Part shown: positions 53,640-63,591 of the stretch, piece by piece
Layout: every line of letters starts with the position of its first letter
How positions within the stretch are numbered: the stretch's first letter is position 1
Assembly: GCA_964596735.1 (NCBI GenBank)
Contig: CAZQVF010000004.1
Span: 229 to 64,228, forward strand
Reading direction: 5' to 3'
DNA: 64,000 nt
DNA from: an uncultured Gammaproteobacteria bacterium
Lineage (GTDB): Bacteria; Patescibacteriota; Patescibacteriia; UBA2591; UBA6264
Program-made: the position numbers and the translations under genes
The notes under the pieces: model-generated
The model's input: only the letters and a program-made list of their open reading frames with translations
Databases searched by the model: none
Told to the model about the DNA's origin: nothing

Positions 53640-54725
53640 CTAACTTTTAACACTTTTTTCTTTTTTAAAAGAAAGAAGGCTAATTAAACCAATTCCGAAA
53701 ATAATTAAAACAAATAAAGCAATTATCTTGCCTCTTGTTTGTAAAAACAAAGCAATTAAGCCAAATATCAAGGCAATAGACCAGTAAAAGATGACTGCCA
53801 AACGGTGGGAAAAACCAATTTCTAATAAACGAAAATGAAAATGTTTTTTATCGCCTTTAAATGGTGAAGTATGTTCAATAAAAATCCTTTGAATAATCAC
53901 GCTAATTAAATCAATAACAGCCAAACCTAAAATTAAAAATGTGGTGGCTACTTTACCTCCAGAGATTATTGCCAAAGACCCAAGAATAAAACCAGCAAAA
54001 AGACTACCCCCTTCTCCTAGAAAAATCTTAGCCGGGTGGAAATTAAAGAATAAAAATCCTAACGCTGCTCCGGCTAAAATCAAGGCCATGGTCCCTACGT
54101 CAGGTTGATAAAATTGGGTGGCGAAACAAAGTCCAGCAATAACCAAGGCCCCGATTACTGTTATCCCAGAGACTAGACCGTCTAATCCGTCAAGAAATTT
54201 AGTAGAATACATTAAAAACATTAACCAAATAAAAGTAATAATATCAGCCCAAGGCGTTAGATAATATGGAATACCATTAAAACGGAGTATTTCAATTTTT
54301 GTATTATCAAGGTGTAAATATCCTGAACCAAAAGGATTATTAATATATTCAATACCTATTCCACTAATAATAATAACGAGACAAGCTAAAATAGGCCAAA
54401 TAATCTGCTGAATGGGTTTTAAATTATATTTGTCATCTAAAAATCCTCCGATCATCAACAAACCGCCCGCTAAAAACAAACCGATTAAATGTTTGTCTAA
54501 AACCTTATCTACTGGCCACCAAGCAGTTTGTTTGGCAATAAAAAGAATAATAAAAAAAGAAAGAAATATTACTAAACCACCCAAAAGAGGGGCGTTTTTT
54601 TTATGAATCTTTCTTTCTGATTCTCCAAAAACATCAACCACTTTTAACTTTATTGCTAAATTGCGAACCAAGGGAGTTAAAATAATAGCTAGAGCAAAGC
54701 TAATTAAGAAAAAACCAAAAATCAT
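53640..54725 (-). CDS. MraY/WecA-family polyprenyl-phosphate N-acetylhexosamine-1-phosphate transferase (WecA/TagO-like)
   Basis: The DxxxxRKxH cytoplasmic motif (DVFGESERKIHKKNAPLLGG) and FLDGLDGL. Confidence 0.7.
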   Translation of the reverse strand: MIFGFFLISFALAIILTPLVRNLAIKLKVVDVFGESERKIHKKNAPLLGGLVIFLSFFIILFIAKQTAWWPVDKVLDKHLIGLFLAGGLLMIGGFLDDKYNLKPIQQIIWPILACLVIIISGIGIEYINNPFGSGYLHLDNTKIEILRFNGIPYYLTPWADIITFIWLMFLMYSTKFLDGLDGLVSGITVIGALVIAGLCFATQFYQPDVGTMALILAGAALGFLFFNFHPAKIFLGEGGSLFAGFILGSLAIISGGKVATTFLILGLAVIDLISVIIQRIFIEHTSPFKGDKKHFHFRLLEIGFSHRLAVIFYWSIALIFGLIALFLQTRGKIIALFVLIIFGIGLISLLSFKKEKSVKS

Positions 54726-54728
54726 AAT

Positions 54729-55232
54729 TTAATTTTTATCTAAATAATCTTGTAAAATAATGCTAGCGGCCACCGCGTGATTCTGCTTTTGACCAAATGA
54801 CAGCTTGTCAGCCATTTTTGAGCTTAATCTTTCGTCAAATCTAATTATTGGAACATTTAAAAATTCTTTTAATTCCTCAATAAATTGTTCTGTTATCTTA
54901 GTTTGCTCTGTTGGTTTTCCTGACATACCAACTGGATAACCAACAATAATCTTCTGTATTTTTTCTTGATTAACAATTTTTTCTAATTCCTGAAATAAAA
55001 AATTCTGATCTTTTATATCTAAAACCTGAAAAGGCATGGCTATTTTTACTTGATCATCAGCCATGGCCAAGCCAATATATCTTTTCCCTGGATCAATGCC
55101 TAAAAATTTCATAATATTACAATGTTTTACCAATATAGCCTCGGCAATCTTTGCTTGGACAACTACATTTAAATTTAGCCCCTTCAATTTCTGTTTTATC
55201 ATAGTCGCACACAATCTCTTCGCCCGGGGCAA
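54729..55232 (-). CDS. ruvX: Putative Holliday-junction resolvase / pre-16S rRNA nuclease RuvX (YqgF)
   Basis: MKFLGIDPGKRYIGLAMAD ... IVGYPVGMSGKP. The likely start is ATG 55112, which removes the overlap with the SET gene. Confidence 0.75.
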   Translation of the reverse strand: MPRAKRLCATMIKQKLKGLNLNVVVQAKIAEAILVKHCNIMKFLGIDPGKRYIGLAMADDQVKIAMPFQVLDIKDQNFLFQELEKIVNQEKIQKIIVGYPVGMSGKPTEQTKITEQFIEELKEFLNVPIIRFDERLSSKMADKLSFGQKQNHAVAASIILQDYLDKN

Positions 55233-55494
55233 TGTCTATAATAGCAATTAAAACAACTGAGTTTTTTGTAATATTTAAAAGCGTATTTGGATTGCAGGAA
55301 TGATTAACCCAATTAAGAACCTTACTGTCAGACACATATTGTCTATTACCAATATAGATGTATCGCGGATTGGGCTTATAAGAAATATTATCTAAAGGAG
55401 CTCTATAAAATTCTTCGCCTTTTGAAATTTTTTTCTTTGTAAAAATCCCAAAACCATGTATGTGACTGAATTTCTTTTCAAGAAAATTTGTCAT
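55117..55494 (-). CDS. Minimal SET-domain protein (putative protein lysine methyltransferase)
   Basis: HGFGIFTKKKISKGE (N-SET GxG), NHSCNPN, GEEIVCDY, and post-SET CSCPSKDCRG. Confidence 0.7.
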   Translation of the reverse strand: MTNFLEKKFSHIHGFGIFTKKKISKGEEFYRAPLDNISYKPNPRYIYIGNRQYVSDSKVLNWVNHSCNPNTLLNITKNSVVLIAIIDIAPGEEIVCDYDKTEIEGAKFKCSCPSKDCRGYIGKTL

Positions 55495-55503
55495 AAATAT
55501 TAA

Positions 55504-56265
55504 CTACATTCTTGTTAAAACCTCAGACCCTTTTTTTGTCACTAAAATAGTATGTTCAAAATGAGCTGATAGACTTCCATCTTCTGTAACAATGGTCCAA
55601 CCGTCTTTAAGTGTTTTAACCGGCCAATCTCCCATATTAACCATTGGCTCAAAGGCTAAAACCATGCCTGATTTTAAAATAGGACCAGTTCCTTTTTTAC
55701 CATAATTTAAAATAGTTGGTTTCTCATGAAGCTTTTTGCCAATGCCATGTCCGGAAAGCTGGCGTACCACTGAAAACCCTTTTTTTTCAACAAAAGATTG
55801 AATCAAATAAGAAATATCGCCTAAATAAACCCCTTCTTTTATATTCTTAATAGCCAGCTCTAATGCCCCTTTAGTTGTTTTAATTAACTCTTTAGTTTTA
55901 TAAGGAATTTTTCCTACGGCTACGGTTATGGCCATATCTGAATAATATCCCTTATATTTTACCCCACAATCCAGACCAATAATATCACCATCTTTTAAAA
56001 GTTTATTTCTCTTAGGAATAGTATGAACCACTTCTTCATTAATTGACGTGCAAAGTGTCGCCGGGTAAATCTTCTTTTTGCCACTATATCCTTTAAATCC
56101 TGGCTTGGCTCCGGCCTGATAAATTAACTTCTCTGCCAATTGGTCTAATTCTAAAGTAGAAACGCCCCGACAAATATGCGGGACGATTTTTCTCATAACA
56201 TCAGACAAAATCTGACCTGCCTGACGCATGATTTCAATCTCTTTTTCATTTTTAATAGGAATCAT
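55504..56265 (-). CDS. map: Methionine aminopeptidase type I
   Basis: Pita-bread fold motifs (VVHTIP, LSGHGIG, HFEHT). Confidence 0.9.
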   Translation of the reverse strand: MIPIKNEKEIEIMRQAGQILSDVMRKIVPHICRGVSTLELDQLAEKLIYQAGAKPGFKGYSGKKKIYPATLCTSINEEVVHTIPKRNKLLKDGDIIGLDCGVKYKGYYSDMAITVAVGKIPYKTKELIKTTKGALELAIKNIKEGVYLGDISYLIQSFVEKKGFSVVRQLSGHGIGKKLHEKPTILNYGKKGTGPILKSGMVLAFEPMVNMGDWPVKTLKDGWTIVTEDGSLSAHFEHTILVTKKGSEVLTRM

Positions 56266-56266
56266 C

Positions 56267-56926
56267 TTACCCTAATTTTTTTTCTATTTTTCTCAAGGTT
56301 TCTTTAAAAACTTTTTCTACTGACTGCTCCCCATTAACCGGAACTAACATTTTACGCTGTTTATAAAACTCAACAGCTGGAACTACATGATCATGAAACC
56401 AATCTAATCTTTTTTGAATTGCTTTTTTATCTTTATCATAACCCCTGACTTTAACTAAACCACCGCAATCTGGGCATTTCTTAACTTTTCGGTTAGAAAA
56501 AATCTTACCACACTTAGAGCAAAGGGCCCGACTAAACAGTCTTTTTAAAGATTCTTTATCACTAACATTAATCCAAATAGCTAAGCTCGGTCTTTTTTTA
56601 TAACAATCTTTTAAAGCTTTTTGTAAATCCCAAGCTTGTCCAGCTGTCCGTGGATATCCGTCAATTAAAAGTCGATGTTTTTTATTAATTTTTTTGATTC
56701 TCTGTTCAAAAAGATTAAGAATAAAATCATCTGGGAAATGCATGCCCACTTTGTGCATCCAAGCAATTAATTTAGCTTGTTTACTTTTCTGTTTAGCTGC
56801 TCCCCGGACCAACTCTCCCATTTCAATTATTTTCATATTAAATTTTTCAGCCAATAAATAAGCCTGAGTTCCTTTACCTGAACCAGCCGGCCCTAAAATA
56901 ATTAAATTGAAATTCTTTTTAATCAT
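56267..56926 (-). CDS. adk: Adenylate kinase (zinc-lid type)
   Basis: IILGPAGSGKGTQA; lid CSKCGK...CPDCGG. Confidence 0.9.
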   Translation of the reverse strand: MIKKNFNLIILGPAGSGKGTQAYLLAEKFNMKIIEMGELVRGAAKQKSKQAKLIAWMHKVGMHFPDDFILNLFEQRIKKINKKHRLLIDGYPRTAGQAWDLQKALKDCYKKRPSLAIWINVSDKESLKRLFSRALCSKCGKIFSNRKVKKCPDCGGLVKVRGYDKDKKAIQKRLDWFHDHVVPAVEFYKQRKMLVPVNGEQSVEKVFKETLRKIEKKLG

Positions 56927-56941
56927 ATTTTAAAATTACTA

Positions 56942-58219
56942 TTAACCCAAGCCTTCATATTCATGCATGGCAATTTGAGCTTGAATTTGTTTAACCGATT
57001 CTAAAACCACGCTGACGACAATTAAAATAGCTGCTCCCCCAACAACAAAGGTAGAAAGTCTAAAAACATTTTGGGTAATAATGGGCAAAACAGCAATAAT
57101 TCCTAAAGATAATGCTCCGGCAAGCATAATTCTAACGCTAACCGTTGATAAATAACTAGCCGTTGGCTCGCCTGGTCTTAATCCAGGAACAAAACCTCCT
57201 TGCTTTTGCAAATTATCAGCTATTTGTTTTGGATGAAAAATAATACTAGTATAAAAATAAGTAAAAGCAACCACTAAAGTAAAATATAACAAACCATAAA
57301 TAAGTTGATTTTGAGTAATTCCCATTAAAATTTGACCAAACTTAGCCATAAAAGCTGACCCTGATCTGGATAAAAGTTGCCCTATTAAACCTGGGAAAAG
57401 AACAATGGAAATGGCAAAAATAATCGGGATCATACCGGCCTGATTTACCTTCATTGGTAAATAAGTATCTGTTCCTCCGTACATGCGGTGACCACGAATG
57501 CGTCGGGCATAAGTAACTGGAATATTGCGCTGACCTTCTGTAATAATTACCACTCCAGCAATCGTCACTAAAGCTAAGACTACTAAAACTAAAAAATTAA
57601 TGATTTGGTCTGCCGAAAAAGTAGCAATCGTTTGTTGGATAGAAATAGGAACTCGTTCAACAATTCCAGCAAAAATAAGTAAAGAAATGCCATTGCCAAT
57701 TTTCTTTTCTGTAATTAATTCTCCTAACCACATTAAAAAGACTGTCCCGGCAGTCATAACCATTAAAATATTGACTAATTCAAAGGTCGACAAAGAACCC
57801 AGGATTGGTTGACTGGACTGGCTAAAAATCGCGATCATCCCATAAGACTGGAGAATGGCCAAGGGGACTGTTAATAAACGAGAATATTGATTAATTTTTT
57901 TGTAACCACTTGCCCCCTCCTTGCTAAGCTCTTCTAAACGGGGAACAATCATAGTTAAGAGTTGCATAATAATTGAAGCGGTGATATAAGGGGCAATCCC
58001 CATGGCCACTAAGGAAAAATTAGACATGGCTCCACCGGAAAGGATATTTAACATTCCCAACATCTCATTGCGCGAGAAAAAATCTTTTAAATTAGCTATA
58101 TTTACTCCCGGGACTGGAATGTGTGCGGCAATACGAAAAATAATCAACATGGCCATAACAAAAAGAAGACTATTTCTTAAATCTTTAATTTGCCAAAGTT
58201 GTCTTATTTTTCCCCACAT
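56942..58219 (-). CDS. secY: Preprotein translocase subunit SecY
   Basis: 10-TM SecY similarity. Confidence 0.95.
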   Translation of the reverse strand: MWGKIRQLWQIKDLRNSLLFVMAMLIIFRIAAHIPVPGVNIANLKDFFSRNEMLGMLNILSGGAMSNFSLVAMGIAPYITASIIMQLLTMIVPRLEELSKEGASGYKKINQYSRLLTVPLAILQSYGMIAIFSQSSQPILGSLSTFELVNILMVMTAGTVFLMWLGELITEKKIGNGISLLIFAGIVERVPISIQQTIATFSADQIINFLVLVVLALVTIAGVVIITEGQRNIPVTYARRIRGHRMYGGTDTYLPMKVNQAGMIPIIFAISIVLFPGLIGQLLSRSGSAFMAKFGQILMGITQNQLIYGLLYFTLVVAFTYFYTSIIFHPKQIADNLQKQGGFVPGLRPGEPTASYLSTVSVRIMLAGALSLGIIAVLPIITQNVFRLSTFVVGGAAILIVVSVVLESVKQIQAQIAMHEYEGLG

Positions 58220-58246
58220 TTGAAATAATTAAAATATTTTTAATGC

Positions 58247-58699
58247 TTAAAGTTTGCTTATCTTCCCTCCTACTTTTTTAATAGCTTTTTCCGCTGCTTT
58301 TGAAAATTGATGAGCCTTAATGGTTAACTTTTTTGTTATTTTCCCTTGAGCTAAAATTTTAACCCGGCGATCTTTCTTTTTAATTAAACCACTCTTAACT
58401 AATTTGGCAAGATCAACAATCTCATTTTCTTTAAATTTGTTTTCTAAATCTTTCAAACTTATTGGTTCAATAATTAAAGACTTTCTTTTATTAAATCCCT
58501 TTAATTTGGGCATGCTTCTCAAATTGCTTCTTAGGCCTCTAATTTTAAGCCCCTTTTTTCCGCCAGATCTTGATCTCTGTCCCTTTATTCCCCGGCCAGA
58601 ATAAGTGCCTGGATCAGAAGCATTATTTCCCCGGCCAACTCTTCTTGAGCGACGCCTTGACTTGGACCCTGGTCTTAAATCAGATAATTTAACAATCAT
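58247..58699 (-). CDS. rplO: 50S ribosomal protein L15
   Basis: Gly/Arg-rich N-terminus (RGIKGQRSRSGG); KILAQGKI. Confidence 0.9.
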   Translation of the reverse strand: MIVKLSDLRPGSKSRRRSRRVGRGNNASDPGTYSGRGIKGQRSRSGGKKGLKIRGLRSNLRSMPKLKGFNKRKSLIIEPISLKDLENKFKENEIVDLAKLVKSGLIKKKDRRVKILAQGKITKKLTIKAHQFSKAAEKAIKKVGGKISKL

Positions 58700-58703
58700 A
58701 AAT

Positions 58704-59192
58704 TTAAACCTTAGGAACTTTTAAAGATTCTAAAGCCTTAAAAGTTGCCTTAACATTGTTTATTTTGCTTTTTGAACCCAGAATTTTAGCAGTAACATTT
58801 CTAATCCCTGATAAAGATAAGACTGTTCTAACGGCTCCTCCGGCGACGATTCCATGACCTTTTCTAGCTGGTCGTAATAAAACTTGGGCCGCTCCATACT
58901 TAGCCTTAACCCAATGAGGAATAGTATCGTTAACAATTGTCACTTTGATTAAATTTTTATTTGCCTTACGTACTGCTTTGTGAATAGCTCCGGCGACATC
59001 TGTCCCCTTGGCTAATCCCATTCCAATTTCTCCTTTATTATTTCCAATAACCATACAGGCACGAAAACTTAAACGTTTTCCTCCCTTAACAACTCTAGTT
59101 ACTCGAGCTAAATCAACTAATTGCTGAATAAACTCTGGCTCAGTTTTAACTCTAGGCAACCCCCTACGTTTTATTCTCTTTTCTTTTGTCAT
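58704..59192 (-). CDS. rpsE: 30S ribosomal protein S5
   Basis: GKRLSFRACMVIGNNKGEIGMGLAKG. Confidence 0.95.
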   Translation of the reverse strand: MTKEKRIKRRGLPRVKTEPEFIQQLVDLARVTRVVKGGKRLSFRACMVIGNNKGEIGMGLAKGTDVAGAIHKAVRKANKNLIKVTIVNDTIPHWVKAKYGAAQVLLRPARKGHGIVAGGAVRTVLSLSGIRNVTAKILGSKSKINNVKATFKALESLKVPKV

Positions 59193-59196
59193 TTGT

Positions 59197-59562
59197 TTAA
59201 AATTTTAGTCCGCCCTGCCTTGCTCCTTCGGCTACTGCCTTAACTCGTCCATGATATTTATATCCTCCACGATCAAAAACTATTTTTTTAATTTTCTTTT
59301 CAATCGCTTTTTTAGCTAAAATCTTTCCAACCTCTAAGGCACTATTTATATTTGAAGATTCTTTGGTTTTAGATTTTGTTTTTGGTTTTTTATCAGTAAC
59401 AGATAATAAAGTTTTTCCTTTTTTATCATCAATCAACTGCGCATAAATATATTTATTACTTCTGAAAACACAAAGTCTTGGACATTGACTTGTTCCATTA
59501 ATTTTAGCGCGAACTCGGCGATGTCTTCTTTCTCTTTGCAATTGTTTTTTTACTTGAATCAT
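59197..59562 (-). CDS. rplR: 50S ribosomal protein L18
   Basis: [18 protein letters not shown] ... [17 protein letters not shown]. Confidence 0.9.
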   Translation of the reverse strand: MIQVKKQLQRERRHRRVRAKINGTSQCPRLCVFRSNKYIYAQLIDDKKGKTLLSVTDKKPKTKSKTKESSNINSALEVGKILAKKAIEKKIKKIVFDRGGYKYHGRVKAVAEGARQGGLKF

Positions 59563-59574
59563 AAAAATTATCGA

Positions 59575-60141
59575 TTACGTGCCTGCTCCAGCAACCCTTT
59601 TGCCGGCTTTTCGACGAACTATCTCATCAGAATATTTAATTCCCTTTCCCTTATATGGTTCTGGTTTTTTAAACTTCCTGATTTGAGCTGCTGTTTCTCC
59701 TACTAACTGTTTATCAATACCCCGAATAACAATTGTTCTTTTTTCAACATCTGCTTCAATATTTTTAGGAATTAAATATTCTATCGGGTGGGAAAAGCCA
59801 ACGTTAAGAGTAATCTTATCTCCTTGTTTTTCTGCTCGATAACCCACTCCTACCAATTCTAGTTTTTTTTCAAATCCTTGAGTTACCCCTTGAATCATAT
59901 TAGAAATCAGCTTAGCAAATGTTCCCCAACAAGCTCTTTGTTTCTTTTCTTCAGGCTTTTTAACCAAAACTTTTAGCTGATTATCTTTTATTTCAATTTT
60001 AACAAAATCTGGCAAAAATTGCTTTAATTCGCCCTTTGACCCTTTGACTAAAATCTGTTGATCTTGTACTTTTATTTCAACGTTTTCTGGAATAGAAATA
60101 ATTTTCTTACCAATTCTTGACATAGGATTAATATATTTCAC
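59575..60141 (-). CDS. rplF: 50S ribosomal protein L6
   Basis: MSRIGKKIISIPENVEIK. Confidence 0.9.
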   Translation of the reverse strand: MKYINPMSRIGKKIISIPENVEIKVQDQQILVKGSKGELKQFLPDFVKIEIKDNQLKVLVKKPEEKKQRACWGTFAKLISNMIQGVTQGFEKKLELVGVGYRAEKQGDKITLNVGFSHPIEYLIPKNIEADVEKRTIVIRGIDKQLVGETAAQIRKFKKPEPYKGKGIKYSDEIVRRKAGKRVAGAGT

Positions 60142-60532
60142 AGATTAATTCTCCTCCCAAATTCTTCTCTCTAGCTTCTTGTCCGGTCATCAAGCCTTTG
60201 GAGGTAGATAAAATATTCATTCCCAAACCATTTAAAACTTTGGGAATTTTATCTTTTTTAACATAAATACGTTGACCTGGGCTACTGATTCTTTTTAAAG
60301 TACCAATAACTGATTGGTTGTCTTCGTTATACTTTAATTTAATTTTTATTTGCTTAAATCCTGTTTTACTTTTCGTCGCATCAATTATTTCCACTTTTTC
60401 AATCAATTTTTCTTTTTCTAATACTTTAGCAATATTAAACTTAACCTTGGAATAAGGCAAAACTATCTCTGGTTTTTTAATAGCCAAAGCATTGCGAATT
60501 CTTGTTAGCATGTCAGCAATTGGATCAGTCAT
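60128..60532 (-). CDS. rpsH: 30S ribosomal protein S8
   Basis: MTDPIADMLTRIRNA. Confidence 0.9.
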   Translation of the reverse strand: MTDPIADMLTRIRNALAIKKPEIVLPYSKVKFNIAKVLEKEKLIEKVEIIDATKSKTGFKQIKIKLKYNEDNQSVIGTLKRISSPGQRIYVKKDKIPKVLNGLGMNILSTSKGLMTGQEAREKNLGGELICEIY

Positions 60533-60559
60533 AATATTTTAACTTAATATTCTAATTAT

Positions 60560-60754
60560 TTACCAGGATGATTTTCTCACCCCTGGTATTGCGCCCTTGG
60601 TCGCTAGTTCTCTAAAACAAATGCGACAAACATCAAATTCTCTCATATAGCCACGTTTTCTTCCGCAACGCCAACAACGTCGTACTTTTCGTGTTCGATA
60701 TTTAGGCTCTTTATTTGATTTAATTATTTGTCCTTTTGTTGCCATATATTTCAA
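60560..60754 (-). CDS. rpsZ: 30S ribosomal protein S14 type Z (zinc-binding)
   Basis: 61-aa form with [10 protein letters not shown] ... CRICFRE. Confidence 0.9.
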   Translation of the reverse strand: MKYMATKGQIIKSNKEPKYRTRKVRRCWRCGRKRGYMREFDVCRICFRELATKGAIPGVRKSSW

Positions 60755-60756
60755 AA

Positions 60757-61302
60757 TTATTCCTTTCTAAAGGGGAACCCTAATAATCTAAATAGTTCTA
60801 ATGCCTTTTCTTTGCTTTGAGTTGTTGTCGTAATTACCACCTGTAAACCATGGGTTGCCTCAAGGCTTTCCTGATTAATCTCTGGAAAAACTACCTGCTC
60901 TTTAAGGCCGATTGATAAATTCCCCTGCTGATCAATGCTCTGTCTTTTTAGTCCTCTAAAATCTCTTATTCTTGGTAGGGCAATGTTAACTAATTTATCT
61001 ATAAAATCATACATTTTTGGTCCCCGCAGAGTCGTGCTTATGCCAACTGGCATTCCTTCTCTAATTTTAAACCCGGCAATTGATTTTTTTGCTAGATTTT
61101 TAACTGGCTGTTGTCCGGTAATTTGAGCAACAGTTTTTGTAACCATGTCAACATATTTAGAATTCTTCTCTGTAGTTCCCCGGCTTAATCCAGAATTAAC
61201 AACAACCTTTTCTATCTTAGGGACAGCCATCTTGTTCTGATAATTAAATTTTTTGATCAATTCTGGAACAACTTTTTTTAAATATATTTGCTTTAAATCC
61301 AT
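60757..61302 (-). CDS. rplE: 50S ribosomal protein L5
   Basis: Full-length L5 similarity. Confidence 0.95.
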   Translation of the reverse strand: MDLKQIYLKKVVPELIKKFNYQNKMAVPKIEKVVVNSGLSRGTTEKNSKYVDMVTKTVAQITGQQPVKNLAKKSIAGFKIREGMPVGISTTLRGPKMYDFIDKLVNIALPRIRDFRGLKRQSIDQQGNLSIGLKEQVVFPEINQESLEATHGLQVVITTTTQSKEKALELFRLLGFPFRKE

Positions 61303-61318
61303 ATGATTAATCTATTTT

Positions 61319-61627
61319 TTAAAAGATGTCTTCACATTTTCGACAAATTCTTTTTTTTCTATTATCAGTTAAAATCTTGTATCCCACTCTAACTCTTTTT
61401 TTGCAATGAGGGCAAATCAACATTACCTTTGAAATATGCAAGGGAGTGGCCATCTTGATTCTTTGTCCCTTTTCTCCAGATTTTTTTGGCCGAACATGCT
61501 TAGTTACCACATTTAAACCCTCAACAACTATTTTGTCTTCCTGGGGTAAAGATCGGATCACTTTCCCCTTTTTCCCTTTATCTTTACCATTAATTATTTG
61601 GACTGTGTCACCTTTTTTTATTTTCAT
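61319..61627 (-). CDS. rplX: 50S ribosomal protein L24 with a Cys4 zinc-ribbon C-terminus
   Basis: KIKKGDTVQIINGKDKGKKGKV (KOW domain). The C-terminus is LICPHCKKRVRVGYKILTDNRKKRICRKCEDIF. Confidence 0.85.
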   Translation of the reverse strand: MKIKKGDTVQIINGKDKGKKGKVIRSLPQEDKIVVEGLNVVTKHVRPKKSGEKGQRIKMATPLHISKVMLICPHCKKRVRVGYKILTDNRKKRICRKCEDIF

Positions 61628-61666
61628 ATTATTATAAGCAGATTTTGAAGTTAAAAAACATCTTAA

Positions 61667-62038
61667 TTATAAAACTTCGGGGGCCAAAGAAATTATCTTA
61701 GTAAAACCTTTTTCTCTTAATTCTCGGGCAACAACACTAAAAATTCTGCCTCCCTTTGGTTCTTTGGTTTTTCTGTCAACAATCACCGCGGCATTATCAT
61801 CAAATCTGACATAAACACCATTGGCTCGACGAGTTTCCTTTTTTGTTCTAACAATGACCGCATGAATCACCTCTCCCTTTTTTACTGAGGTGTGAGGAAC
61901 AGCCTTTTTAATTGTCGCTGTAATAATATCGCCAATACGAGCATAACGCTTCCTATATCCCCCTAAAACGCGGATACACTGTATTTCTTTGGCTCCAGTG
62001 TTATCAATAACTTTTAGTCTTGTTTCTGGTTGAATCAT
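61667..62038 (-). CDS. rplN: 50S ribosomal protein L14
   Basis: [27 protein letters not shown]. Confidence 0.95.
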   Translation of the reverse strand: MIQPETRLKVIDNTGAKEIQCIRVLGGYRKRYARIGDIITATIKKAVPHTSVKKGEVIHAVIVRTKKETRRANGVYVRFDDNAAVIVDRKTKEPKGGRIFSVVARELREKGFTKIISLAPEVL

Positions 62039-62053
62039 AAACCCGCTTTATAA

Positions 62054-62299
62054 TTAAATTACTTTTTTCTTAATTTCAATTAATCTCCATTTCTTATCTT
62101 TTGACAAGGGTCTGCATTCCTCAAAAATAACTTGATCACCAATTTTAGCTTCATTTTTCTGGTCATGAACCTTGTATTTTTTACTAACCCGATATCTTTT
62201 TTTATAGATAGGGTGGACTTTTGTCCGATTTATCTTAACAACAATGGTTTTATCCATTTTATCACTAGTCACTATTCCTTGAAATCTTTTTTTGGCCAT
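62054..62299 (-). CDS. rpsQ: 30S ribosomal protein S17
   Basis: GIVTSDKMDKTIVVKINRTKVHPIYKKRYRVSKKYKVHD. Confidence 0.9.
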   Translation of the reverse strand: MAKKRFQGIVTSDKMDKTIVVKINRTKVHPIYKKRYRVSKKYKVHDQKNEAKIGDQVIFEECRPLSKDKKWRLIEIKKKVI

Positions 62300-62304
62300 A
62301 GTAT

Positions 62305-62487
62305 TTATTTTTGATTAATAAATGTAAGTATTTTGGCAATTAATTTCTTTGCCTTTCTTATCTCTCTCACATTTTTTGATTGCTTCATTTGAATATCAAA
62401 ACGTAGATTACGTAGTTTCTCTCTAGAATCTTCTAATAATCTTTCTAATTCCTTTTTTGTTTTTTGTTTAAGCTCCTTTGTTTTCAT
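62305..62487 (-). CDS. rpmC: 50S ribosomal protein L29
   Basis: LKQKTKKELERLLEDSREKLRNLRF. Confidence 0.8.
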   Translation of the reverse strand: MKTKELKQKTKKELERLLEDSREKLRNLRFDIQMKQSKNVREIRKAKKLIAKILTFINQK

Positions 62488-62490
62488 TTT

Positions 62491-62910
62491 CTAAATATTA
62501 TCTTTGCTGACAAATTTAGTTTTCACTGGCAATTTATATGAAGCTGCTTTAAAGGCTTTTTTGGCCAATTCTTCATCAACTCCGGTGACTTCAAAAAGAA
62601 TCATTCCCGGTTTTACGGCAACGACATAATGGTCAACCGCTCCTTTACCCTTGCCCATAGGAACCTCTGAGCCCTTGGTGGTGACTGGTTTATCAGGAAA
62701 AATCCTAATCCAAATCTTTCCCCTTTTTTTAAATGCCCGGGTAAGTGTTCGGCGCACCGTTTCAATTTGACGAGCCGTTATCCAACGATGCTCTAATGTT
62801 TTTAATCCAAAATCACCAAAACTAACCGTAGTTCCTCTTGTTGCCTGACTTTTTGTTCGCCTTCTTCCCTTGTGGCTCTTTCTATACTTTTGTTTCTTGG
62901 GCATTAACAT
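62491..62910 (-). CDS. rplP: 50S ribosomal protein L16
   Basis: [18 protein letters not shown] ... GDFGLK. Confidence 0.95.
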   Translation of the reverse strand: MLMPKKQKYRKSHKGRRRTKSQATRGTTVSFGDFGLKTLEHRWITARQIETVRRTLTRAFKKRGKIWIRIFPDKPVTTKGSEVPMGKGKGAVDHYVVAVKPGMILFEVTGVDEELAKKAFKAASYKLPVKTKFVSKDNI

Positions 62911-62912
62911 AT

Positions 62913-63587
62913 TTATGCCTTTAAATTAACTTTTATTTGATTAGGTTTTGCTTTTTCAAATTTTTCTCCGCGATAAACCCAGACCTTAACGCCGATTGAA
63001 CCATATGTTGTTGCGGCTACGCCACGAGCATAGTCAATGTCTGCTCGCAAAGTATGAAGCGGTAAATTTCCCCAGATCAATTTTTCTGATCGAGCAATCT
63101 CAACGCCTCCTAAACGTCCACTAAGGATGATTTTTATTCCTTTAGCCTCGCTTGTTTTAGCCTGTTTAATAACTTTTTTCATCACTCGACGAAAAGGAAA
63201 TCTTTTCTCTAAATCAGCAATTGCTCCTTCTAGAATCACAGCGGCTGAAAGCATTGGCTTTTTCTCTTCAATAACATTAACCTCTAAAACAATTTTATCG
63301 CTGACAAAAACTTTTAATTCTTTTTTTAATTTTTCAATATCAAGACCTCCTCGACCAATAATTAATCCAGGCTTAGCCGTGGATATGCTGACTCTCACAA
63401 TGTTAGCCAACCTCTCAATACTAATATTAGAAACACCACAATTCTTTAGTCTTTTTGATAAAAACTCTCTAATCTGTATATCCTCTTTTAAGAATTGTTT
63501 AAATTCGTGCTTTTTGGCAAACCACTTTGATTCCCAATCTCTAATTAAGGGAATACGGAAAATTTTTGGATTTACTTTTCTTCCCAT
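62913..63587 (-). CDS. rpsC: 30S ribosomal protein S3
   Basis: [24 protein letters not shown]; KH domain. Confidence 0.95.
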   Translation of the reverse strand: MGRKVNPKIFRIPLIRDWESKWFAKKHEFKQFLKEDIQIREFLSKRLKNCGVSNISIERLANIVRVSISTAKPGLIIGRGGLDIEKLKKELKVFVSDKIVLEVNVIEEKKPMLSAAVILEGAIADLEKRFPFRRVMKKVIKQAKTSEAKGIKIILSGRLGGVEIARSEKLIWGNLPLHTLRADIDYARGVAATTYGSIGVKVWVYRGEKFEKAKPNQIKVNLKA

Positions 63588-63591
63588 AATA

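Noticed and set aside
53640-54725. Calling the DGLDGL-motif membrane protein MraY
   Set aside because: It carries the cytoplasmic D-x-x-x-x-RK-x-H motif of WecA/TagO-type GlcNAc-1-P transferases. It also lies outside any mur/fts cell-wall cluster. It is therefore annotated at family level as WecA-like, not as mraY.
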